The position numbers and the translations under genes are program-made. This document shows, in pieces, positions 1 through 8,616 of a stretch of 64,000 nt of DNA (position 1 is its first letter; each line of letters opens with the position of its first letter). This stretch comes from an uncultured Chloroflexota bacterium. GTDB lineage: Bacteria > Chloroflexota > UBA6077 > SHYK01. Below the pieces are notes generated by a model. That model saw nothing but the letters and a program-made list of their open reading frames with translations, was not told the DNA's origin and searched no databases. The DNA is taken from NCBI GenBank assembly GCA_964417895.1, contig CAYQJS010000004.1, positions 51,724-115,723 of the forward strand, written 5' to 3'.

Positions 1-341
1 CGGCGATGACCACCAACGGCGGAGGCACCTCGGCAATCGTCGAGCGGTACCACAGCGCTCAAGCGCGCACCGCCGAGAACAGATATGCCGGCAACAACCG
101 GTCCCGGTACAGCGATCCCCAGCTCGACGCCCTCATCGACAGCTACAAGGTCACCATCCCGATGGCGGAGCGGATGCAGTACGCGAGTGAGATTGTTCGC
201 ATCGTCACGCAAAACCTGGTGGTCATGCCGCTGTTCTGGGACACCTGGCCGGGCGTGCAGACCAACCGATTGCAGAACGCGAGCGCTGCTTCCAGCGGCG
301 GCGCCGCGGCCTGGAACGTCCACGAGTGGGACATCCAATAG
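1..341 (+). CDS. ABC transporter substrate-binding protein (family 5, peptide/nickel type), C-terminal fragment; 5' end outside window
   Basis: Frame open from window edge; C-terminus ...AAWNVHEWDIQ is paralogous to the C-terminus ...HGWNAHEWDVKA of the full-length SBP at 8617-10332. Confidence 0.75.
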   Translation, partial: AMTTNGGGTSAIVERYHSAQARTAENRYAGNNRSRYSDPQLDALIDSYKVTIPMAERMQYASEIVRIVTQNLVVMPLFWDTWPGVQTNRLQNASAASSGGAAAWNVHEWDIQ

Positions 342-365
342 CCTGAACCACCCGCCCGGCGCGGA

Positions 366-401
366 GAAAGGAGTGCCCCGAGCACTGGGGGCATTCCTTT
401 C
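366..401 (+). terminator. Strong stem-loop downstream of the SBP stop (terminator-like, no clear U-tract)
   Basis: gaaaggagtgcccc (366-379) pairs with ggggcattcctttc (388-401), 14 bp with one G-U, 8 nt loop; 25 nt after stop at 341. Confidence 0.5.
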
Positions 402-617
402 GTCAGCGACCGCCTCCATTTATCGGCGCTTCCGCCCCAGAGCTGGTTCGTCATCGTGGCTGCGGTTCTACTCTGCTCAGCATACGGGGACGACGAGTGT
501 GGGAGCTGGTAAGACCGACGCGTTGAGGCACACCAAGGAACGATAGTGGCGACCGACTGGGTTTCACTGGGCGGCGCGAGCTAAGCTTGGTTTCGCCAGA
601 CCAGAAATTGAGCAGAG

Positions 618-899
618 GTGCTTGTTGTCATGCCCACATTCCGCCCTCTTAGCGCTGACCAACTCGCTGCTTTGCAAAAGCGCCGCGGAGCCGCGGTCGA
701 TCTGACGGAGTACACCGACTTCATTCGAGACCTGCAGGTCGGTGAGGGGGGGCATTTGACCCTCGAATCTAACGAACAGAAGCAAACGGTGAAGCGTCGA
801 CTGACCCGCGCCGCCCATCTGCTGGGGCGGAGCGTTCGCTACCGTCGCAGCGAAGCCAACACCATCAGGTTCGAGCTGGTTACCTCGTCGGCAACATGA
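618..899 (+). CDS. hypothetical small protein
   Basis: 93 aa ORF (GTG 618 or ATG 630), no recognisable motif; non-overlapping, plausible composition. Confidence 0.4.
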   Translation: MLVVMPTFRPLSADQLAALQKRRGAAVDLTEYTDFIRDLQVGEGGHLTLESNEQKQTVKRRLTRAAHLLGRSVRYRRSEANTIRFELVTSSAT

Positions 900-1099
900 G
901 TCCCCGCCGGCTCAAACGCCGGGTGACACGAGGAACCAATAGTGGCCGCCCGTTGCCCGCGCGAGGGGAGCAGGGTTCAGCTGCTCTGCCTCCTGTCGGC
1001 TTCCTGCGCCTTGACGACCGGATCTCAGCGCCTTCGTGACCGGCCAGATGATCGTCGTCGGCGGCGGCGACGTCATGTATTAGGAGCGAGTTCCGAGAA

Positions 1100-1200
1100 C
1101 TGTCATCCTGAGGCCGCAGGCCGAAGGATCTGATGCGAGTACCGTTTGTGCGTGGTAGTTTACGTTCGTGACAGATCCTTCGCTTCGCTCAGGATGACAG
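1100..1200. repeat. REP/MITE-like hairpin element, family 1 (gtcatcctgag...gaaggatct)
   Basis: tgtcatcctgaggccgcaggccgaaggatctg (1101-1132) is the inverted complement of cagatccttcgcttcgctcaggatgacag (1172-1200); same motif recurs at 26475, 28405-28660, 38455, 45744, 52000. Confidence 0.85.
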
Positions 1201-1219
1201 ATTGTTGGCGGAGTGAAGG

Positions 1220-2029
1220 ATGACCGGCAGCGAACGTGAAGTGCCCTCGCGCGGCTCGCCCGTCAGTTGGGACGCGACCGCCTATGACACCAGGCACGCC
1301 TACGTGGCTCGCTACGGCGCCGACCTGGTGGATACGCTGGCGCCCCTTTGGCGAGAGCGCGTGCTGGATCTCGGCTGCGGAACGGGGCATCTGAGCGCGC
1401 GCATCGCCGCGCGCGGAGCAGAAGTCATCGGCATCGACTCATCGCCTGAGATGATCGAGCGAGCGCGAAGCAACTACCCGGGCCTCGACTTCCGTCTGGC
1501 TGACGCAACCGACTTCCAGCTCGATGAGCCCGTCGACGCCGTGTTCTCCAACGCCGTCCTGCACTGGGTGACGGTGTCAGCCCAGGACTCCGTTGCCGCG
1601 TGCGTTCGGCGTACGCTTCGACCCGGCGGCCGATTCGTCGCGGAGCTGGGCGGCAAAGGCAATGTCGGCACGATCATCGCCGCGCTCCGTTCGGCCCTGG
1701 AGACCATCGGCGGTCATGCGATGAGTCCCGACCTCGATCCCTGGTACTTCCCCACCATCGGCGAGTACGCCAGCGTGCTGGAACGACAGGGCCTGGCGGT
1801 GGTTCACGCGGAGCTCTTCGACCGGCTCACCACGCTCGAAAACGGGGATGACGGCATGCGCGATTGGATCGAGATGTTCGCCGCCGATTGGCTTGCGCTC
1901 GTGCCCCGCGGCCGGCGGCGGGCGTTGATCTCCGCGGCCGAGCGCGGCATGCGCGACGCCCTTTACCACGACGGCCACTGGACAGCGGACTATCGGCGCC
2001 TCAGGATCATGGCCCTACGCGAGTCTTGA
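1220..2029 (+). CDS. class I SAM-dependent methyltransferase
   Basis: Motif I VLDLGCGTGHLSARIAARGAEVIGIDSSPEMIERAR; 269 aa; ATG start. Confidence 0.85.
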   Translation: MTGSEREVPSRGSPVSWDATAYDTRHAYVARYGADLVDTLAPLWRERVLDLGCGTGHLSARIAARGAEVIGIDSSPEMIERARSNYPGLDFRLADATDFQLDEPVDAVFSNAVLHWVTVSAQDSVAACVRRTLRPGGRFVAELGGKGNVGTIIAALRSALETIGGHAMSPDLDPWYFPTIGEYASVLERQGLAVVHAELFDRLTTLENGDDGMRDWIEMFAADWLALVPRGRRRALISAAERGMRDALYHDGHWTADYRRLRIMALRES

Positions 2030-2146
2030 GGCGCGAGGCGTGAGGGGGGACCCACGAAGGCTCACGAGCCTTGAGCCCCGTTAGCGCCTTGCCCCCTCAC
2101 GCGTCATAGCTCACTAGGAGCGGATCGTGTAGTCTGCCGGGAGGGT

Positions 2147-3295
2147 GTGATTCTAAACAAAGCGAACAAGCCGCTAATCCGGTGGACGTCTGGCCCGGGG
2201 ACCGTGAGAGCTGACGCTAGAGAGGACGTCAAGACCATCGCCGCCTCGAGAGAAGACGAGATCCATCAAGTCGACTTCTCAGCCCCGCACCTCGTGATCC
2301 TCGGTGCTGGGGCGAGCCGGGCGGCATTTCCTCATGGCGACCGGAATGGGCAACAACTTCCTCTAATGGCCGACTTTACTCAGATCGTGCCGGTCTCAGA
2401 TCTGTTGGACTCTCATGGAATCGTTCACAGGGGGCAAAATCTGGAAGATATCTACACCCATCTGTGCGGCACTCCCGAACTCGACGAGGTCTGCGCGGAG
2501 CTGGAACGGATCGTCTCCTCCTACTTCTCTTCACTCGCACTCCCGGAAACACCGTCGCTCTATGACCACCTGATACTCTCGCTCAGAGGTAAGGATGTAA
2601 TCGCGACATCCAACTGGGATCCGTTTCTCATCCGGGCAGCCAGACGCAGTGGGTTGGCCTCTGGCGAGATTCCGCTCATGCTATTCCTTCATGGCAATGT
2701 GCTCGCGGGCTTCTGTCAGCGCGACCTTGTTTTCGGTGTCAGAGGTACGCGCTGCTCGACCTGTGGTCAGATCTTCTCACCGTCCAAGCTGCTATACCCT
2801 GTCGGGAACAAGGATTACAATGCGGACCCCATGATTGCCAATGCCTGGCGCGCTGTACAGGAAGCGTTACGTCGAACCTTCATGGTTACCGTATTCGGAT
2901 ACAGCGCACCGCAGTCCGACGCCGCCGCAATACGCCTCTTCCTCGATGCATGGGGGGACGGTGCGGCTCGACAAATTGAGCACTTTGAGATCATCGACAT
3001 AAGGCCGCCCGAGGACCTCCGCAAACAGTGGGCCCCGTTCATTCACACCCATCACTACTCCGTGCTCGCCTCGCCCTACGATTCTTGGATGTTCAAGCAT
3101 CCTCGCCGTACAGGCGAAGCCTACCGTAACCAGTACTTAAAAGGGATGTTCATCGACGACAATCCGATTCCCCGAGAGGCTTCGTTCGAAACTCTGACGC
3201 ATTTCTACGCGCCCTTGCTCGAGGTCGAACGCGCAACGCCATCGGTTAGTGAATCTGAAACTCCGAACCCGCCCGGTGGCGATTCTACACAGTAG
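2147..3295 (+). CDS. SIR2-like (SIR2_2 / DHS-like NAD-binding fold) domain protein with extra C-terminal region
   Basis: VILGAGASRA (Rossmann GAG), ATSNWDPF (cf. TxNYD), FLHGNV (catalytic-His position), CSTCGQ, VFGYSAPQSD (GYSxxD); visibly lower GC than flanks. Confidence 0.6.
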   Translation: MILNKANKPLIRWTSGPGTVRADAREDVKTIAASREDEIHQVDFSAPHLVILGAGASRAAFPHGDRNGQQLPLMADFTQIVPVSDLLDSHGIVHRGQNLEDIYTHLCGTPELDEVCAELERIVSSYFSSLALPETPSLYDHLILSLRGKDVIATSNWDPFLIRAARRSGLASGEIPLMLFLHGNVLAGFCQRDLVFGVRGTRCSTCGQIFSPSKLLYPVGNKDYNADPMIANAWRAVQEALRRTFMVTVFGYSAPQSDAAAIRLFLDAWGDGAARQIEHFEIIDIRPPEDLRKQWAPFIHTHHYSVLASPYDSWMFKHPRRTGEAYRNQYLKGMFIDDNPIPREASFETLTHFYAPLLEVERATPSVSESETPNPPGGDSTQ

Positions 3296-3659
3296 GAGCC
3301 CATCGCGTGACGATGCCTAGGCTGCTATGCTGCCCTGCTGGGTATATCGACGCGCGGTCGCGTGACGCGTTTGCGCGATCTACTTCGTCCTACGGGTTTC
3401 GGGTCGTCTAAGTCCCAACGTAGCGCGCCTACCGGCATGTCGAATTGGCGGAGTGCTTCAACTCTTGATCGGCCAAGGCATTAGGCCCGCACCTCGTCGC
3501 GGCTCACCGGGGCACCCGCACCGTGTCTTTCGGCGCGCGATTCGCCTCACGATCTGCGCCCTGCCCCACCATCAGTTTGGTGACCTGCCCCTGTCCAAGC
3601 TGCAGACCGGGGTTGCCGCAACGGTTTTTCGTTCCGATTGGGGTCGCCGGCGATCGGGA

Positions 3660-4679
3660 CTACGCCCATATGTCACAACTCGGGAGGGCCCTCCGCAGAC
3701 GATCAAGCCCTGCGTCGGTGATCGCCGTGTCGACGAGGGCAAGCATCTCGAGCTGAGTCAGCCCGCGCAACGCTTCCAGCCCCGCGTCGGTGATCGCGGT
3801 ACCGCTGAGAGTAAGCTTCCGGAGCTGAGTCAGCGCGCGCAGCGATGCAAGCCCACCATCGGTGATCGCCGTGTCGTTGAGTTCAAGCGACTGGAGGTGA
3901 GTCAGCCCGCGCAACACTTTCAGCCCCGCGTCGGTAATGGCGGTACCGTTGAGGTGAAGGCTCTTGAGCTGAGTCAGTCCGCTCAATGCTGCCAGCCCTG
4001 CGTCGGCGATTGCGGTATCGTTGAGCCACAGTGTCTCCAGCTGCCTAAACGCGCGCAACGCTGCCAGCTCCGTCCCGGTGATCGCGGTCTCCCATAGACC
4101 AAGCTCCTCGAGCTGGGTCAACCCGCTCAACGCCGCCAGCCCCGCGCCGGTGATTTTTGTATGGCCGATGGAAAGCGTCCTCAGTTGCGTCAACCCGCGC
4201 AAGGCTTCGAGCCCGACGTCGGTGATCGCCGTGTAGGCGAGCTCAAGCGACTTGAGTTGAGTCAGCCCACTCAATGCCGTAACGATTGCGTCAGTTACCT
4301 CACTGTCTTGCGAGGAGTACGCGGGGCTCAGGCCTTTCCCAGACGAGAATTCCAAACCATAAAGATCATTCGGGCCTAGCGCCACGAGGGGCGAAGGATC
4401 ACCGAGACGATCTGGGTATATCCGCAGAGTCACCAGAGCATTGGCACTGACAGTGACGTCACCCCTGGCATCCCGCCATTCAGACGCATAAGTCTGCCCC
4501 TTACCCTCATTGGCAATGGCGTACTCACCGATCGACCGGTCCCTGGGGAAGCGGATCGTTCGCGTGGATAGCCGGGCAAGATCGGCCAAAGTGCGGCCAA
4601 CCAGTTGCGACGAGGCGAGCCGTGCGAGCGCGGACTGGCGCGCTGGCACTAGGCTCTGCGTAGGCTCCTCGGGCTTCAT
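3660..4679 (-). CDS. leucine-rich repeat (LRR) protein, no signal peptide
   Basis: About 9 tandem 24-aa repeats LxGLTQLxxLxLxxTxITDAGLxAL after a ~135 aa unique N-terminal region. Confidence 0.85.
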   Translation of the reverse strand: MKPEEPTQSLVPARQSALARLASSQLVGRTLADLARLSTRTIRFPRDRSIGEYAIANEGKGQTYASEWRDARGDVTVSANALVTLRIYPDRLGDPSPLVALGPNDLYGLEFSSGKGLSPAYSSQDSEVTDAIVTALSGLTQLKSLELAYTAITDVGLEALRGLTQLRTLSIGHTKITGAGLAALSGLTQLEELGLWETAITGTELAALRAFRQLETLWLNDTAIADAGLAALSGLTQLKSLHLNGTAITDAGLKVLRGLTHLQSLELNDTAITDGGLASLRALTQLRKLTLSGTAITDAGLEALRGLTQLEMLALVDTAITDAGLDRLRRALPSCDIWA

Positions 4680-5461
4680 TGCGCACCCACCAGTGTGTCC
4701 AGCATTTCCAGCCGGCTTCTTGTCGACGCGATATTCTCGTCGAGGGTTGCCGCCAACTCCTCTAGAATGTCTCGGCCTTCGACCATTCCGTGCTCAGCTT
4801 TGATTTTCAACTGGTAGAAGTCTGAGGCTTCGATCTCGGCGATCTCGCTGGCTATGGCCTTCAACCTGGTCGTTACCAGTGCGACCTTGCGGATAGCCCG
4901 GATGAGTTCATCAGCGGTCCCAGCTCCGGTTATCGCCTCCGGCCTCGCCTCCCAGTCGCGAAGAATAGCCGCGAGCCGTGCCTCATCCCCACTCTCATAG
5001 GCCTGATTAGCTTCAGTCATGACTCGCACACGCTCGGCGCGATCGATGTCCGTCCCCAAGTCGGGGTGGACTTTCTTTGCTACCTCCCTGTAGATCTTCC
5101 TGAGTTGCTCAGACGGCGTTTCTCCTTCTTTCGCGTCGGGCGGAACAGGCTCCCCAACACTCTCTGCGCTCTCCTCTGCCCGCTGCCGAGTCCGTTGAGC
5201 TTCCTCGCGAGCGGCTTTGTCTCCCGGGGCCAGTTCGGCGAGAGCTTCGGCTACTCGGGCTTCTAATTCGTCGAGTTCGGCGTACCGGCGCCCAACAACA
5301 CGCAGGTAGGCCCGTTGGAACCGGTACATCTCAATGAGAAGAGTCGCTAGGACGGTCTCCTGGTCAGCCAAGTCGGTCTCAAGTGCATTGAGGTCGGCGA
5401 GCTTTCTGGCCAGCTCCTCCTCTTCCGGTGTGACCCACGGGATCATAGACATGACCAGCAC
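4676..5461 (-). CDS. J-domain (DnaJ-like) protein with coiled-coil flanks
   Basis: KIYREVAKKVHPDLGTDIDRAERVRVMTEANQAYE (HPD motif); stop overlaps the LRR gene start (ATGA, 4676-4679). Confidence 0.8.
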   Translation of the reverse strand: MLVMSMIPWVTPEEEELARKLADLNALETDLADQETVLATLLIEMYRFQRAYLRVVGRRYAELDELEARVAEALAELAPGDKAAREEAQRTRQRAEESAESVGEPVPPDAKEGETPSEQLRKIYREVAKKVHPDLGTDIDRAERVRVMTEANQAYESGDEARLAAILRDWEARPEAITGAGTADELIRAIRKVALVTTRLKAIASEIAEIEASDFYQLKIKAEHGMVEGRDILEELAATLDENIASTRSRLEMLDTLVGAQ

Positions 5462-5700
5462 AACGCGCCGTCAACGCGGCCAGTTGGCCTCTCGGTCAGC
5501 GAGCGCGGACGATGGAAGTAGTCGAGTGGGAGCACGCTGTAGCGCTGATCGACCCCCGCATTGTCGTAGATCGCCATAAGTGCGGCCAATCGGCACGGGC
5601 TCAGCTCAAAGCTCCGCGCCACGGCGTCCTTTACGTCCTCGCGGTGCAGCACGAAGGGCGGGGTAACGGTCGCTGTAGCGACTATCGTCTGCACTGCCAC
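5443..5700 (-). pseudogene. type III polyketide synthase (chalcone-synthase-like), N-terminal ~70 aa remnant
   Basis: MAVQTIVATATVTPPFVLHREDVKDAV...AIYDNAGVDQRYSVLPLDYF resembles type III PKS N-termini; similarity ends near 5470 where the J-domain gene begins; no KS catalytic region. Confidence 0.5.
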
Positions 5701-5859
5701 GCCTTGCCCTTCTAAGCACGCTCGATGACCACCACCGGCGCGGTTTCAGTCAACCTCCCGACCTCCCCCGGACCTCCCCGACCACTGCGCCGCTTGAAGC
5801 CGCTGAGCCGAGGCCCCTGGCATCCTGTAGGCGATGCTACCATAGCGTCGGGAAGCTGA

Positions 5860-6508
5860 ATGGCGCAGATTGGCGCCCGGGCCCCGACCGCTCCGCCGCC
5901 GGCTGTGCCGGAGCAGGGGCCGTGGCTGCGGCGCGCGCTCGCCTGGTTCCCGCTTCTCCACCCCTTCCCGTCGCTGGTGGTGGCGGCCACGGGCGGCGGG
6001 TTCGCAGCCGTGGCCAGCCCACGTCCCCTCGCACCAGACCACGCTCTTTTCTTGGTCGACGCTGGGGGGAGTTGCCATCGGCAGCTGGATGGGCCTAACC
6101 GGTCGGCGCGCTGCTTGCCCTGGCGCTGCATCTCGCGAACGCGTTGCCCGACGACGAGCCTGACCGCGAGGCGAGCGCCGGTAGCCTGGTTCAATTCCTG
6201 GGGCGACGAGGCTCGCTCGTGATCCTCTTCCTCTCCTTCGGCCTGGCGCTGATTTGCCGCCTGGCCTACATCGACTCGCTCAAGCACCAGAGCTACGCGG
6301 GCTGGCCATCCTCCTCGGAGGCACCATCGGCCTGGCGAGCCGACCCGCTACTGACTGCGTCGCCTTTCCCTTCTTGGCCGTAGGCAGTGCACCCCTCGCC
6401 ATCGACGTGTGGCCACGCTCCTCGCCTAGCTCCGGTCATGGTGGCCGGGGGCACCGAACGCCATTGCGGGATCGTGTACCGTGGCCCGGAAACCCTGGGC
6501 CGCATTAG
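5860..6508 (+). pseudogene. possible UbiA-like prenyltransferase, broken over three frames
   Basis: LLHPFPSLVVAATGGGFAAVA (frame 1), LALALHLANALPDDEPDREA (NxxxDxxxD-like, frame 3 from 6099), AILLGGTIGLA..FPFLAVGSAPLAI (frame 2); no intact ORF. Confidence 0.3.
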
Positions 6509-7311
6509 CTGGCCCCTGCTCCCGGTGACGAATCAGAAAGACGCGTCAGGTCCTTCACCAGGGTGGCGAACGCCGACCGAACCGTCGGCGCCATTCCAGT
6601 CTTATGGTCGAACAGATCGAACGCTTCCTGCAGATAACCGGCAGCCCTAACCAGATAGTCAGGGTCGCTCGGTAGGTAAGGATCGGAAGGCACGCGATGA
6701 TAGCGGTGCAGCGGGTTCTGACAATGCTGAAGGTTGTAGCGCTCAACGTGCTGCCACGTGTTGTGAACAGCCGAGCTGAACGGCACGTAGGCAAAAGTAT
6801 AGAGATCCTCGCAGCCAGCCTGCTCCGCCATCTTGAGGGTGCTGACGCCCGCCCAGCTTCCCACGTTGACTTCCGTGAGGAAGCCGAATCTTTGCGAGTT
6901 CAGCCAGGCTTCGCCCGCCTCGATTATCGGATCGGCGGCGGCATCGTCGCCGCGTTCTGTCAAGAGTCTCTTGCGGTGCTCAATCGCGAGCTTCTGTTGG
7001 CCGAGCGCGTACGCGATGAACTTACGGGATCTATCCAGCGGGTCTTCGAAGATCCAGGCCAGGTTGATCAGATTGTCGACCATGCTTCTGAGGACCAACG
7101 GGGCGATATGCCCATTCCAGATCGGAGGGGCGAGGGCAAACCGCGTCACAAGCGTCACTTGTCTCGCCAGAAGCCCGCCCACCACTTCGTGGATCTCACC
7201 GACGGACAGATCCAGCTGCCATCCTCGCCAGCGATCATCCAACTCCCCCAGTGCCGTGTCCACGTATCGGTTCACGACCACGCCGAGGGCTTCCACGTTC
7301 GGTTCAGTCAC
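6505..7311 (-). CDS. hypothetical helical protein (family not confidently recognised; possibly DUF5677-like)
   Basis: 268 aa ORF; overlaps the upstream gene by 8 nt, which implies an operon; lower GC. Confidence 0.6.
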   Translation of the reverse strand: MTEPNVEALGVVVNRYVDTALGELDDRWRGWQLDLSVGEIHEVVGGLLARQVTLVTRFALAPPIWNGHIAPLVLRSMVDNLINLAWIFEDPLDRSRKFIAYALGQQKLAIEHRKRLLTERGDDAAADPIIEAGEAWLNSQRFGFLTEVNVGSWAGVSTLKMAEQAGCEDLYTFAYVPFSSAVHNTWQHVERYNLQHCQNPLHRYHRVPSDPYLPSDPDYLVRAAGYLQEAFDLFDHKTGMAPTVRSAFATLVKDLTRLSDSSPGAGAS

Positions 7312-8074
7312 CTTGTGTCTCGATCTCGCATGGTTGAAGCTCTAGACCTCGGTTCCAGAAATACCGAGACCAGGCTTCAGAGGCACTCGTTGCCCTCTCG
7401 CCTATTAGCATGCTTACGGTCGCGCGCACCGCTGATGCCACGCGTCTCGATACTTCAGTCCGCGGGTAGTTCTGGACCTCTGGGAACCTCGCCAGGGATA
7501 CCGTCGGGGCGACTACCAAGGTTCCGCTAACGAAACCGAGGTATACAGCGTTCGCCTGCGCCTGCAGCGCGGGCAAACTAGTCCTATCAAACAGCGCGTC
7601 CAAGATTATTCGCAGGTGAGCCAAACCGGCGGAGACTCCCTCCTCATTAAGAATGTGCGTGGTTAGGAAGCGGAGTGGACACTCGGGGTAATAGCTCAGG
7701 AGCGGCGCCAAGGCCTCAAGCAGGGGCCCGAGGTCTCCGGTCCAGCATAGGTGCTCAACGATCCGCGTCTGCTGCGCGTCGTCAAGAATGGAGTACTCGC
7801 TCAGAAAAGCGAACCAGCGCTCACCCGGCGACCCCGTCGAGTCACGGGCCGCCGTCGCCAGCGCGAGCGCGAGGGCGGCACCTTTAGCCCAGCCGTGCCG
7901 GTCGTTCAGGGTTGCCAGCCAGAGCATCTCCGGGAGAATCTGATCGACCCATTTGACCTCCGTAAGCGGCAAGGCATCTACCAACGGTGGGGTGAATCGG
8001 CTCCCCTGCTGACGATGATCAGCCAGCACACTCCGCCGACGCGCTCTACTCACGTGGCCAACGTGTTCTTCCAC
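7304..8074 (-). CDS. hypothetical protein, first gene of a two-gene operon
   Basis: 256 aa ORF, no recognisable motif; 8 nt overlap with 6505-7311. Confidence 0.55.
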   Translation of the reverse strand: MEEHVGHVSRARRRSVLADHRQQGSRFTPPLVDALPLTEVKWVDQILPEMLWLATLNDRHGWAKGAALALALATAARDSTGSPGERWFAFLSEYSILDDAQQTRIVEHLCWTGDLGPLLEALAPLLSYYPECPLRFLTTHILNEEGVSAGLAHLRIILDALFDRTSLPALQAQANAVYLGFVSGTLVVAPTVSLARFPEVQNYPRTEVSRRVASAVRATVSMLIGERATSASEAWSRYFWNRGLELQPCEIETQGD

Positions 8075-8240
8075 TATGGAGGCTCCTCCGGACGACTGCC
8101 GAGCAATCTCGGTCGCCTGTTGCGCGCGCGACGGGCGGTGTGCCCACCGCTATTTGGCCGTCGTGCTTGCTGCTTGGCGCGTCCAGAGTGACGTATTAGG
8201 CCGGCCCAAAAAGGGGCCAAGCGATCCAGAGGAGCGCCAT

Positions 8241-8540
8241 ATGTCAAGCGCGGCCATCGTACGAGCCGGCAGTAAACTGAGCAAGTCAGACCAAGCGCTC
8301 TACGCCTTCCAGGCCGAGAAGGAGCGGCGTAGCGGCTCGATGCCCACCGTCCAGAGCTACTCGCGCCTGCTCCAGCAATTCTTCGGCCTGGTGGGAACGA
8401 CGCCTGACCGAGTCACGAGCCCGGACACCTTCTGCTGAGCGCACGGGATCGGGCTCGGGCAAGCGGCCTCGTTCGTCACGATCGGCGCCTGGCTCACCTG
8501 CCTCTCGCCCTTCCACAGTTTCCTGATCCGCATGGGCTGA
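8241..8540 (+). pseudogene. tyrosine recombinase/integrase, N-terminal SAM-like domain remnant with in-frame stop
   Basis: SD agaggag + ATG 8241; ...MPTVQSYSRLLQQFFGLVGTTPDRVTSPDTFC*AHGIGLGQAASFVTIGAWLTCLSPFHSFLIRMG*; internal TGA at 8436; catalytic domain absent. Confidence 0.5.
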
Positions 8541-8616
8541 GGCAGGCGAACCCTTGCCAGGTTATTAAGCGGCCCACAACACTCGTGCGCGCCTCTCCCG
8601 CCTCATGGCTCACGCC

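Noticed and set aside
3453-4097. 214-aa plus-strand ORF with its own internal periodicity
   Set aside because: It is the antisense reading of the LRR repeats in the 3660-4679 gene. The periodicity is inherited from the LRR gene.
5712-6287. 191-aa minus-strand ORF and nested ORFs in 5746-6078
   Set aside because: The translations are low-complexity and Arg/Gly-rich. The region is better explained as the antisense of a decayed membrane-protein gene.
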